This document shows positions 20,845-34,409 of a DNA stretch of 64,000 nucleotides, one piece after another (position 1 is the first letter of the stretch; the number at the start of each line of letters is the position of its first letter). The notes beneath the pieces are model-generated. The model saw nothing but the letters and a program-made list of their open reading frames with translations, was not told where the DNA came from and searched no databases. The stretch spans positions 21,181-85,180 of the forward strand of contig JAFGAM010000001.1 in the NCBI GenBank assembly GCA_016933675.1. The letters run 5' to 3'. A program made the translations under genes and the position numbers. Source of the DNA: Candidatus Anaeroferrophillacea bacterium (GTDB taxonomy: Bacteria > Desulfobacterota > Anaeroferrophillalia > Anaeroferrophillales > Anaeroferrophillaceae).

Positions 20845-21003
20845 CCCGCCGCATTATTCTTCTTTTCCACCCGCCGCCGCTTCATCCCGCATTTCAGGTA
20901 TAAGGCCACCCCCCGGGCAACCCCCAGCGAAAAAAACCGGAACCCGGCACCGCGAACCTCATTTACCATTCGCAAAAAAAGGGATCGTCATGCCCTTTGC
21001 CGG

Positions 21004-21034
21004 CAGCCCCCGGTAAAAAGAGGGCGATGCCTGC
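21004..21034 (-). terminator. Rho-independent terminator downstream of the zinc-ribbon gene
   Basis: A perfect 9-bp stem GGGCGATGC/GCATCGCCC has a 5-nt loop. On the minus strand it is followed by TCTTTTTA. Confidence 0.7.
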
Positions 21035-21100
21035 CGCATCGCCCTCCCGCAACACCTTTCCACTCCTCAGGTCACCCCCCGGACAACCCTTTCAGCTGGC

Positions 21101-21295
21101 TCAGGAAAACCCGCCACCGCCCGCCGGGGGACGGCAGCCCCCGGCACCAACCTGCACGGCACAGGAACTGATCAGCTTCTCCGGCTGCCGGGCACCGCAA
21201 ACTGGACAGATCAAAGCCGAATTGTCCGCCCCCACGCGCTGCAACACCTCGAACGTCTTGCCGCACGATCTGCAAAGATATTCATATAATGGCAT
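21101..21295 (-). CDS. FmdB-family zinc-ribbon protein (second copy)
   Basis: The sequence reads MPLYEYLCRSCGKTFEVLQ...CPVCGA. Confidence 0.75.
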   Translation of the reverse strand: MPLYEYLCRSCGKTFEVLQRVGADNSALICPVCGARQPEKLISSCAVQVGAGGCRPPAGGGGFS

Positions 21296-21360
21296 TATTT
21301 TTACTCTCCCCCAAAGGCCGCCGCTCAGCCGGTCAAAAAACCGCTGAACCGGCTGATTCG

Positions 21361-21684
21361 TTACCGGATCTCTTCCCGGATGGAACCGATCTGGCAGTCC
21401 ATCCCGATTTCACGCATCAGGGTGCCGATCACCAGCTTGCTGATATCGTCACACACCCAGTACCGCATGGCCACACCCTCGCGGGCGGAATCAACGATTC
21501 CCTTGCCTTTGAGCACCGAGAGATGCTGGGACACCGTCGCCTGCGGCAGTTCGAGACAACTCCAGAGGTTTTTCACACAGGACTCCTCCGTCAACAGGGT
21601 CTGCACGATCCGCAGCCGGATAGGATGTCCCAGAACCTTGAGAACCTCGGCAACCCGCGTACATGTATCACCACTCACCATCAC
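21361..21684 (-). CDS. ArsR/SmtB family transcriptional regulator
   Basis: It has LKVLGHPIRLRIVQTLL and a wHTH with QATVSQHLSVLKGKGIV. Confidence 0.85.
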   Translation of the reverse strand: MMVSGDTCTRVAEVLKVLGHPIRLRIVQTLLTEESCVKNLWSCLELPQATVSQHLSVLKGKGIVDSAREGVAMRYWVCDDISKLVIGTLMREIGMDCQIGSIREEIR

Positions 21685-21773
21685 CCTCTCTCCTTACATT
21701 CCGCCGTCACAGCCGCACCTCGCGGACGACCATGCAGCATTTTCTGGCGCGCCAGATAGCTATATTTATATTT

Positions 21774-21802
21774 CATATACTTAAAACAAGTCCATTTGTC
21801 AA
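21774..21802 (-). promoter_or_regulatory. Predicted arsR-family gene promoter (-35 TTGACA, 17-nt spacer, -10 TATATG) in an AT-rich island
   Basis: The hexamers were read on the minus strand. AT-rich repeats around the -10 are the likely operator. Confidence 0.55.
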
Positions 21803-21825
21803 CTATTCTGACGAAATTATTTTGC

Positions 21826-21885
21826 CAAAAATAAAAAAATTCGCCGGCGCCGTCCCGAGACGAACCGCGGGCGACGGCGCCGGCG
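21826..21885 (-). terminator. Strong orphan rho-independent terminator
   Basis: A perfect 13-bp GC stem (21842..21854 paired with 21873..21885) is followed on the minus strand by ATTTTTTTATTTTT. No annotated minus-strand gene lies upstream of it. Confidence 0.75.
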
Positions 21886-22116
21886 GAAAAATCACTTGTC
21901 AGCCGGACGCAGTTATGAAATAGCTTCAGAACGATCCGGTTGCACTTTTGTCGATGGTTTCGTAACACCCCCGTCTTCTTCGTGGCACTGCCCGTGCGTG
22001 CCGGATGCAAGCGGTGCGGCAAACCGAGTCGTTCGACGTATGGCAACACCGCATACATCAGTAGGAAAACGCCGCGGATCAGGAGCTGTTGCCATGCCAT
22101 CCCGCCTCGGCGTATC

Positions 22117-22141
22117 CCGGCAGTGGTTACGGTTTCATCAC
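22117..22141 (+). repeat. Intergenic repeat family member, 3' box (CCGGCAGTGGTTACGGTTTCATCAC)
   Basis: It ends 23 nt upstream of the DUF342 start codon. GGTTTCATC can pair with GATGGAATC, which abuts the ATG. Confidence 0.8.
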
Positions 22142-22164
22142 TTTTTGCGGTACCCGATGGAATC

Positions 22165-23957
22165 ATGAACGAGAACAACCCCGAAACCGACAAACTTGAT
22201 TTGTTTATCCACCTTGAGGAGCATCACGGCCACGATGTCGCGTTGCTTTCGATCCGGCCCAACACCCGCCTCCACGCCCCCGGTGCGCCGGAAACCCGGC
22301 AGCTCGTTATCGAGGAAATCAACCGGCAACTCGCGGCGCACCACATCGTTGCCGGGATCGTTGTCGCCGCGGAGCTGGAACACCATATCGACAGCTACCT
22401 CGCCGGCTACCTGCGTCGCGGCAGCTATCGTGATTTCTACACCTTCCGGATCGCCCAGCCGACCCTCCCGCAACCCGGTAGCGATAGTTCCATGCAGGAG
22501 CTGATCAGCCTGGAGGCCAAACCGGGCCGCATCGTCGACGAACGCACCGGCAGAATCGACTTCCGTGACCTCGGGTTCAGCGACAAGCTGGTACACGAAG
22601 GCGATGACCTGGTCATCCTCACCCACGCAACCCCGGGGATCCACGGCACCGACATCCGGGGCAGGAAGATCAGCGCCGCCGCCGGCCGTGAACCCCATCG
22701 CCTGAAGTTCGACCGCCGCTCGGTACGCGCCGAAAAACGCGACGCCGACCGGCGGACCGTACTCGTTGCCACCCGCTCCGGCTTTTTCTATCGGGACGAG
22801 GTGAAGGGGTACTTCGTCGACCCCGACGTCCTCGTCCAGGCGGTGGATTTCACCACCGGCAATATTCGTATCCGGGATTACTCCAACGTCGACACCGTCA
22901 TCAAGGTCGAGGGTACGGACAACATTCTGTACGATTCGGTGAAGCCCGGCTTCGCCCTCAAGGCCCGGGAGATAACCGTGAAAGGGAATGTCGGTCGCGG
23001 GGCGGTCCTGGAAGGTGATACCATCACCATCGTCGGCATTGTCGATCCCGATGCCCGCATTATCGGCAACCACATCCGCATCGACAAGGTGGTCGGCGCC
23101 CATATCGAGGGCATCGACATCCAGATCAACCGGGTCGTCACCAACGCCACCATCGTCGGCCGGCGGGTACAGGTACAGACCTGCACGACATCACAGCTCT
23201 TCGGGATCGAGGTCATGGTGCACAAGGAACTGCATGCCGGAACGGCAACCGCCGGCACCTTTCTCTACTGCAACCGCATACAGGGAAACGGCACCGCGCA
23301 CCTGCATATCGACCCGCCCCGGATCCCCGCCCTGCGGGCAGAACAGGAACTACTGGAAAACGAACGGGACCGGGCGGTCAGCCTCCTCGAACGGCAGGCC
23401 CCCCAACGCCGGGACAAGGAACGTCTGCATACCGAACTCGAACATGAAATCGAACTGGTTTTCGGCCTTGTCGAACGGGAAAAACGGCTTGCCCTCAACG
23501 ACCGGCAGCGGATCGCAATCCGCCAGCTGATCATCAACGGCCACGCCGACGACCTCGGCCCCCGGCTGGACCTGACCTTCTCAGCCCTGACCCTCAAACG
23601 TTTGCAAACCTACCATCTGCTCCACCGGGAGCTGCTGGATATCCGCCGGAATCACGCCGACCAGGAAGCGGCAATCGCCACCATCCAGCAGCACATCGAT
23701 GATTTTGAACGGCTCTATACCCGCGGCCTGGTGGCCATCGGCGGCCCCGGCAACGGCGAAGCCCGCATCGCCTTCGGTGCGCGGGAACTTGCGCCGCGAC
23801 GGCTGCACGAGGCGACGTTGTTCGGCTGGTCCGACGAACGTAAACAAATTGTTCGCTACCCGCTCAACCTGGTGCTCGCCAGCCGGGATCCCCGTCTTAC
23901 CACCCTCAGTCCGCAGGCACAAGAAATCCTGCAGCGCACCGCCGCCGATCCGGTTTC

Positions 23958-23961
<4 letters not shown>
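22165..23961 (+). CDS. DUF342 (FapA-like) family protein, copy 1
   Basis: It is 598 aa with a repetitive beta-helix-like middle (GNIRIRDY, ITVKGNVGRGAVLEGDTITIVG, IRIDKVVGAHIEG) and a coiled-coil C-terminus. Its stop overlaps the murJ ATG (ATGA). Confidence 0.7.
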
Positions 23962-25531
<1,570 letters not shown>

Positions 25532-25535
<4 letters not shown>

Positions 25536-26542
25536 ACCGCCGTTTCCGGTTACTCGTCCCGGCGGCTCTCACGGCCGCCGCACTGACCGCCGCCGGCTGG
25601 CTGGCATATGACGTCATGCGCTTCAGCCACGGTGAGATCACCATCCCGCCACAGGAGTTCACGATCACTCCCGGCACCCCGGCCAACCGCATCGGCCGCG
25701 ACCTGGAGACCGCGGGCTGTATCACTTCGGCCTGGCGCTTCCGGCTGCTGCTGCGTCTGCAAAACACCGCCGGTGCCCTGCAGGCGGGCACCTACCGTTT
25801 TCCGCCACGGTCCTCACCGGCGACCATCATCGACATGCTTTGCTCCGGCCGCGTGGCGGTCTATCAGCTCACCGTTCCCGAAGGCCTCACCCTGCGGGAA
25901 ATCGCCGGTCTGGTGGAACGGGCGGGAATCTGTCCGGCAGCCGATTTTGCCGCCGCGGCCGCCGCTCCGGCCCTGCTCGAGCGCCACGGCATCACCGCGC
26001 CGAACGCCGAAGGTTATCTGTTTCCCGATACCTACGGCTACACCCGGGCGGACGACGGCGCCGCCCTGACGGAACGCATGGTCAACACCTTCAACCGCCG
26101 CTTCGCCGCCGCCACCGCCGACAGTTCACCCCGGGCGGCGGCACGCTCCCGCCACGAGCTGATAACCATCGCCGCGATCATCGAGAAAGAAACCGCCGTC
26201 CCGGAGGAGAAGCCGCTGGTGGCGGCGGTGATCTACAACCGCCTCGACCGCCGCATGCACCTGGCCTGTGATCCGACGGTGATCTACGGCCTCGGGGAAG
26301 AATTCGACGGCAACCTCAGGCGGTGCGACCTACGGCATCCCTCCCCCTACAACACCTACCGCCACCGGGGCCTGCCGCCGGGGCCCATCTGCAGCCCCGG
26401 CTTCGCCGCCATCGCCGCCGCCGTCCGGCCGGCGGAGGTCGACTACCTCTATTTCGTCGCCCGGCCCGACGGCCGGCACCATTTCTCCGCCACCCTCAGC
26501 GAACACAACCGGGCGGTCCGCCGCTACCAGCTCAACCCCTGA
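25532..26542 (+). CDS. mltG: Endolytic murein transglycosylase MltG (YceG)
   Basis: It has an N-terminal TM and the motifs EGYLFPDTY, ASIIEKE-like IIEKETAV, and YNTYRHRGLPPGPI. There is an ATGA overlap with murJ. Confidence 0.9.
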
Positions 26543-26787
26543 GCCGGCGGCAGCATCGCATCCCGCGGCGGCAAACTCTTCCCCGGCCGGAGAACGGACC
26601 GTGAAACGACCGCAACAGGGCCGGGCCACAGCCCGGGCGGCGCGTGGTGAGGATGGCCGCAGCACCTGACCCGGCGTTACCCGGGCAGCCCCGCGACAAA
26701 CCAGAGAGAGACAGAGAGGGGTTCTGAAACGGTCCGAAAAGCGGAAGCGGAGAACGGGACCGCGTGAATCCGGCGGTCCCGTTATTA

Positions 26788-27981
26788 TCAGGTGCGATAA
26801 TCGGCGTTGATGCGGACGTAGTCGTAGCTCAGGTCGGCGGCGAGGACGGAGAAGGTTCCGGGACCGGCACCGATTTCCACCGCCACGGTGTACGCCGGCC
26901 GCCGGAACACCATCGTACCATCCTCTTCCCGGTAGTCCGGCGCCCGGCGCCCGCCGTCGACCACCAGTACATCGTCGAGGAAGATGCGTACCGCGGCCGG
27001 CTCCACCGCCACGCCGGCATTACCGACCGCGGCGATGATCCGCCCCCAATTGGCATCCTCGCCGAACCAGGCGGTCTTCACCAGCAGGGAACGGCTCACG
27101 GTCCGTGCCACCCGTTCGGCATCGGCGGCATCGGCGGCACCCCGCACCGCCACGGTTACCGTTTTGGTCGCGCCCTCGCCGTCGGCGACGATCATCCGCG
27201 CCAGTTCCCCGGCCACCCGTTCAAGTTCGGCCTCCAGCAACGCGAGTTCCGCCGCCGTCTCCGGCCGGCAGCCGGAAGCCCCGTTGGCCAGCAGCAGGAC
27301 GGTGTCGTTGGTACTGGTATCACCGTCGACGGTGATACGGTTGAAACTATTGGCAGCCACCCGCCGCAGCAGCGGATCGAGCCGCGGTGAGGCGACATCG
27401 GCATCGGTTAGCAGATAGGCAAGCATGGTGGCCATGTGGGGCTCGATCATCCCGGCGCCCTTGGCAATCCCGAGCACCCCGACCCGGTGACCGGCGATCT
27501 CCACCATACCGGCAGCCACCTTGGGGTGGGAATCGGTGGTCATGATCGCCCGGGAAAAGGCATCGAGGCCATCCTCGGCCAGCGCCTCCCGGGCCGCCGG
27601 CAGCCCCGATTCCAGGCGCGCTACCGGCAGCGGCTCACCGATAACGCCGGTGGAACCGACAAACACCGCCGCCGCCGGAACATCGAACACCGCCCCCGCG
27701 GCCGCCGCAATGCGGCGCACGGCGGCGATCCCCTCCTCACCGGTGCAGGCGTTGGCGTTACCGCTGTTCACCACCACCAGCCGCACCGGGCCGCCCGCAG
27801 CCAGCTGCCGCCGACCGGCGATCACCGGCGCGGCGGGAAAGCGATTGGTGGTGAACAGCGCCGCCGCCGCCGCCGACCGATCACTCATGATGACCCCGAG
27901 ATCCAGCTTCGGGGCGGCCTTCAAACCGCAATGTACCCCGGCGAACCGGTACCCCCGGCACATTATTTTACACATTTCCAT
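26788..27981 (-). CDS. argJ: Bifunctional ornithine acetyltransferase / N-acetylglutamate synthase ArgJ
   Basis: It has VVNSGNANACTG and the self-cleavage site PHMATMLAYL. The SD GTGAGG precedes the ATG at 27981. Confidence 0.92.
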   Translation of the reverse strand: MEMCKIMCRGYRFAGVHCGLKAAPKLDLGVIMSDRSAAAAALFTTNRFPAAPVIAGRRQLAAGGPVRLVVVNSGNANACTGEEGIAAVRRIAAAAGAVFDVPAAAVFVGSTGVIGEPLPVARLESGLPAAREALAEDGLDAFSRAIMTTDSHPKVAAGMVEIAGHRVGVLGIAKGAGMIEPHMATMLAYLLTDADVASPRLDPLLRRVAANSFNRITVDGDTSTNDTVLLLANGASGCRPETAAELALLEAELERVAGELARMIVADGEGATKTVTVAVRGAADAADAERVARTVSRSLLVKTAWFGEDANWGRIIAAVGNAGVAVEPAAVRIFLDDVLVVDGGRRAPDYREEDGTMVFRRPAYTVAVEIGAGPGTFSVLAADLSYDYVRINADYRT

Positions 27982-28049
27982 CAACGCCTCACCCCATAAT
28001 GAAAAAACCCGGTCGTGTCCGGCATGCTTTTTGCGGATCAATCCTCAAT

Positions 28050-28077
28050 GGAGTTGTTACGAAGCCGGCAATCAATC
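28050..28077 (+). repeat. Intergenic repeat family member (GGAGTTGTTACGAAGCCGGCAATCAATC)
   Basis: It lies between the secA stop and the argJ start and nearly matches 19732..19760. Confidence 0.6.
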
Positions 28078-30723
<2,646 letters not shown>

Positions 30724-30973
30724 CGATCATATCCTCACTGCGATTATCCGACTTTCACCCGGCGCGGCATCATCCGGCGGGCAGTCCGGCCGGCTGCACC
30801 AAGGACCGCCGCCGACCCGGCACCCGCTTTCGCGGCGCGGGCAGAACGGCAAACCCGGCGGCCGGAAAACGGCCGCCGCAGGGAATCGGTAAACGGGAAA
30901 TGTAAATCGGAATCCGGAGACCGGAAGAATTCACGACAAGCGCCGGCACTCGGCCAACCGGGGGCCGGGATGC

Positions 30974-31900
30974 TCAGTCGACAATGTAGGCGACGGGATT
31001 CACCGTCTGGTCGTTGACGACAACCTCGTAGTGCAGATGCGGACCGGTGCTCCGACCGGAATTACCCAGGGTACCAATCTCCTGACCACGAATCACCCGG
31101 TCCCCCACCGACACCGCATGGGTAGCCAGATGACCGTACTTGGTCTTGACGCCGAAGCCGTGATCGATGACCACCATCCGGCCGTAGCCGCCGTTGTAAC
31201 CGGCGAACATCACCCGTCCGTCGGCGGTTGCCAGGACCGGGGTGCCGGAGCGGTTGACGATATCGATGCCGTGGTGAAACTCCCGGCGGCCGGTAAACGG
31301 GGAGTTCCGATAGCCGAAACGCGAACTGATCCAGCCCCGCACCGGGCGGATCGACGGGGTGAAATTGAGTATCGCCTGCTGTTCGCGGAGATGATCCTGC
31401 AGCAGGTCGGTGGCGGATTGTTCGCTGTACACCCGCATCTCCAGACGCTGGAGATCGCGATGCAACCGCTCGACCGCACCCCGGCGGGCGTCGTCAAGAC
31501 TCCGGTTGGTCAGCCGGGCGGCGTCGGGATCGGGCCCCCCCACCCCCTGCGGCTCCACCTTTCCCGGGTGGGCTTCGAGATTGGCCAGCACCTTGATGCG
31601 GGCGTTGCTTTCCTTAAGGGCGGTCAACTGATCGGTCAGTTCGTCGACCCGGTGGGCAAAATATTCCAGTTGCTGATCCATCTCGGCATTCTGACGGACC
31701 ACCCGGTCATAGCCGCGGATGCGTTCGACGTTGCCGGCATAGAGAACGATGGCCACCAGCGCACCGACGAAAAGACCGACAAAGGGCGGTCCGGCGAACA
31801 GCAGCAGCCGAAACAGCCAGGCCCGGGAAATGGCGAAACGCCGCGGGGCACCACGGTCGCCGGACAGCAGGACGAGGGTGAATTTATTTGATTTACTCAT
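30974..31900 (-). CDS. M23 (LytM) family murein endopeptidase with an N-terminal coiled coil
   Basis: It has HHGIDI...GPHLHYEV metal-site motifs, a TM helix and a coiled coil. The start is MSKSNKF. Confidence 0.85.
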   Translation of the reverse strand: MSKSNKFTLVLLSGDRGAPRRFAISRAWLFRLLLFAGPPFVGLFVGALVAIVLYAGNVERIRGYDRVVRQNAEMDQQLEYFAHRVDELTDQLTALKESNARIKVLANLEAHPGKVEPQGVGGPDPDAARLTNRSLDDARRGAVERLHRDLQRLEMRVYSEQSATDLLQDHLREQQAILNFTPSIRPVRGWISSRFGYRNSPFTGRREFHHGIDIVNRSGTPVLATADGRVMFAGYNGGYGRMVVIDHGFGVKTKYGHLATHAVSVGDRVIRGQEIGTLGNSGRSTGPHLHYEVVVNDQTVNPVAYIVD

Positions 31901-32105
31901 AGATACCGGCAAGTTAACAGTTATTCCACGAAACCGGAGCCGGGCATTTCTATACCAGATCGGCGGCGGCATGTCAATTTCTATCGCGTCATTGTCCTTG
32001 ATCGCCGGCGGCGGCAGAAGAACAACCCTCAAGTATCGAAAAAAACTGCCGAACACCAACAGACAACAGCGCCGAACCCGAATATCAGCCAACAGTGGAC
32101 CTGCC

Positions 32106-33497
32106 ATGTTTCTTGTACATCCCGGCGATGACCTGATGACCGCGACGGTGGAATACGTTCCGGATCCGGAAAACACCGTCGACCCGACGGTCACCACCAT
32201 TATCGACATCCTGCGGAACCATAAGGTCACCGCCGGCATCGACCAGCAGATGCTGGATGATTTCTGCACCCAGATACGCACCCGTCCGGACCTGCCCCGG
32301 AGTTGCACCGCCGCCCGCGGCACCCCGTTCGAGGAAACCGTCCAGCCGCGCTACCAGTTCCGCTTCGCCACCAAACGGGCCATCGGCCAGCAGCTCGAAT
32401 CCGGTCGGATCGACTACCACGACCGCGGGATGGTAAACTATTTCAAGGCCGGCAGCGTGCTGCTGGAGATCATCCCCGGGCGGCCGGGCACCGCCGCGGT
32501 GCGCGTTGACGGCACTACCACCGAACCGGCACCGCTGCGGCCGACCCGTGCGATCAAGGCGGGGAAAAACGTCACCGTGGAAACAACCGCGGACAACCGC
32601 CAGGTATTCACCGCCGCCGCCGCCGGCCAGGCGCAGATGGACGGCACCCGGGTCAGCGTGGAGAATCTTTATCAGGTTGACGGGGACGTGGATCTGAACA
32701 CCGGCCACGTCAAATACCAGGGCCCCATCCGCATCACCGGCAACGTCCTCGCCGGCTTCACCGTGATGAGCAACAGCGACATCTTCGTCGACAAGCTGGT
32801 GGACGGCGGCACCATCAAAACCAAAGGCAACCTGGTGGTCGGCACGGGGATCGTCGGGAGTGACAGGGGCTCGCTGACGGTCTACGGCAACGTCAAATCC
32901 GAATACATCACCGGGGTGCAGCACTGTACGGTACGCGGCACCATCGTCGCCGAGAAGCACATCATCAACAGCCGCCTGCGTGCCGGCGCCGCAATTCGCT
33001 GCGGCGGCAAGATCACCGGGGACACCCATGTCTCCGCCTTCTCCGGTATCGAAACCGGCGAATTGGGCGCGGAGAGCGGCAACACCCTGACCGTCGAGGT
33101 CGGCAACGACGCCTTCATCCGCGAACGCCTGGCCAAGATCGAGGATGCTCTGCGCCCCCTGGTGGAACGCTCCATCGCTCTGGTGGACAAACTGGGCATG
33201 CCGGTGATCCTGAACCAGGACATATCCCGGCTGCCACCCGAACGCCGGGAAACCGGCGCGGTGCAGCTCAAGGAATACCTCCATATCGATCAGCAGGTAA
33301 ACCTCCTGAAACAGAAAAAGGTCGAACTCGAAGAGAAAAGCGCCGCCGCCCACCAGGCCCGGGTAACCGTGCATCAAGCCGTCCACCCCGGGGTGGTGAT
33401 AAGAATCGGCCGGGAAACCTACCAGGTGGACAAGGCGATCAGGGGCTTCGTCGAGTTTCGTCTCGACCCCGACACCCGCCGCATCACCACCCGCTGA
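32106..33497 (+). CDS. DUF342 (FapA-like) family protein, copy 2
   Basis: It is 463 aa with repetitive beta-helix-like segments (GDVDLNTGHVKYQGPIRITGNV, IKTKGNLVVGTGIVG) and a C-terminal coiled coil. It ends with VHPGVVIRIG. Confidence 0.7.
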   Translation: MFLVHPGDDLMTATVEYVPDPENTVDPTVTTIIDILRNHKVTAGIDQQMLDDFCTQIRTRPDLPRSCTAARGTPFEETVQPRYQFRFATKRAIGQQLESGRIDYHDRGMVNYFKAGSVLLEIIPGRPGTAAVRVDGTTTEPAPLRPTRAIKAGKNVTVETTADNRQVFTAAAAGQAQMDGTRVSVENLYQVDGDVDLNTGHVKYQGPIRITGNVLAGFTVMSNSDIFVDKLVDGGTIKTKGNLVVGTGIVGSDRGSLTVYGNVKSEYITGVQHCTVRGTIVAEKHIINSRLRAGAAIRCGGKITGDTHVSAFSGIETGELGAESGNTLTVEVGNDAFIRERLAKIEDALRPLVERSIALVDKLGMPVILNQDISRLPPERRETGAVQLKEYLHIDQQVNLLKQKKVELEEKSAAAHQARVTVHQAVHPGVVIRIGRETYQVDKAIRGFVEFRLDPDTRRITTR

Positions 33498-33548
33498 CCG
33501 CCGACTTTCCCCTTTACAGCCTCAAAAACCCTGTGGTACATAGCCTCC

Positions 33549-34409
33549 ATGCACACCATCGGGATCGTCATCAAACGCAACAACGAGAAGGCGCTCAGGG
33601 TCGGCGTCGAGCTGGCCTCATGGCTTGGTGAACGTGGCGTTGCCGTGGTTTACGGCGAAGAGCTGGCGGCGGCTATCCCCGGCAGGGTGGCGGTGGACAA
33701 GCCCGACATCCCCCGCCAGGCGGATGTCATTGTCGTCCTCGGCGGCGACGGTACCCTGCTGAGCATCGCCCGGCTCATCGGTCCCCGGGACGTGCCCATC
33801 CTCGGGGTGAATCTCGGCAGCATGGGGTTTCTCACCGCCATCACCCTGGACGAACTCTACACCGTCATGGCCGAGATCATCGCCCGCAATTTCACCGTCA
33901 GCCGGCGGATGATGCTCTCCGCCCGGGTCTACCGCCAGCAGGAACTGATCACCACCTACAACGTCCTCAACGACGTGGTCATCAACAAGGGCGCGGTGGC
34001 CCGCATCATCGAGCTGGAAACCGCCATCGACCAGCGCTACGTCACCACCTTCCGCGCCGACGGACTGATCATCTCCACCCCCACCGGCTCCACCGGCTAT
34101 TCCCTGTCCGCCGGCGGACCGGTGGTCTATCCGACCCTCGACTGCATCGTCATCTCACCCATCTGCCCCCACACCCTGACCAACCGGCCGCTGCTGGTGC
34201 CGGCCGACGTCACCATCGACGCCACCCTCGCCAGTGACAGCGGCGACGTCTTTCTCACCCTCGACGGCCAGGTCGGTTTCTCGCTGCAGGCCTGCGACAC
34301 GGTGCGGATCACCCGCGCCGCCCATGACATCAAACTGATTAAATCGCCGGTCAACTCCTATTTCGAGGTGCTGCGCACCAAGCTCAAATGGGGCGAAAGG
34401 TATGCTTGA
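33549..34409 (+). CDS. nadK: NAD kinase
   Basis: It has VVLGGDGTLL and STPTGSTGYSLSAGGP motifs. Confidence 0.93.
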   Translation: MHTIGIVIKRNNEKALRVGVELASWLGERGVAVVYGEELAAAIPGRVAVDKPDIPRQADVIVVLGGDGTLLSIARLIGPRDVPILGVNLGSMGFLTAITLDELYTVMAEIIARNFTVSRRMMLSARVYRQQELITTYNVLNDVVINKGAVARIIELETAIDQRYVTTFRADGLIISTPTGSTGYSLSAGGPVVYPTLDCIVISPICPHTLTNRPLLVPADVTIDATLASDSGDVFLTLDGQVGFSLQACDTVRITRAAHDIKLIKSPVNSYFEVLRTKLKWGERYA

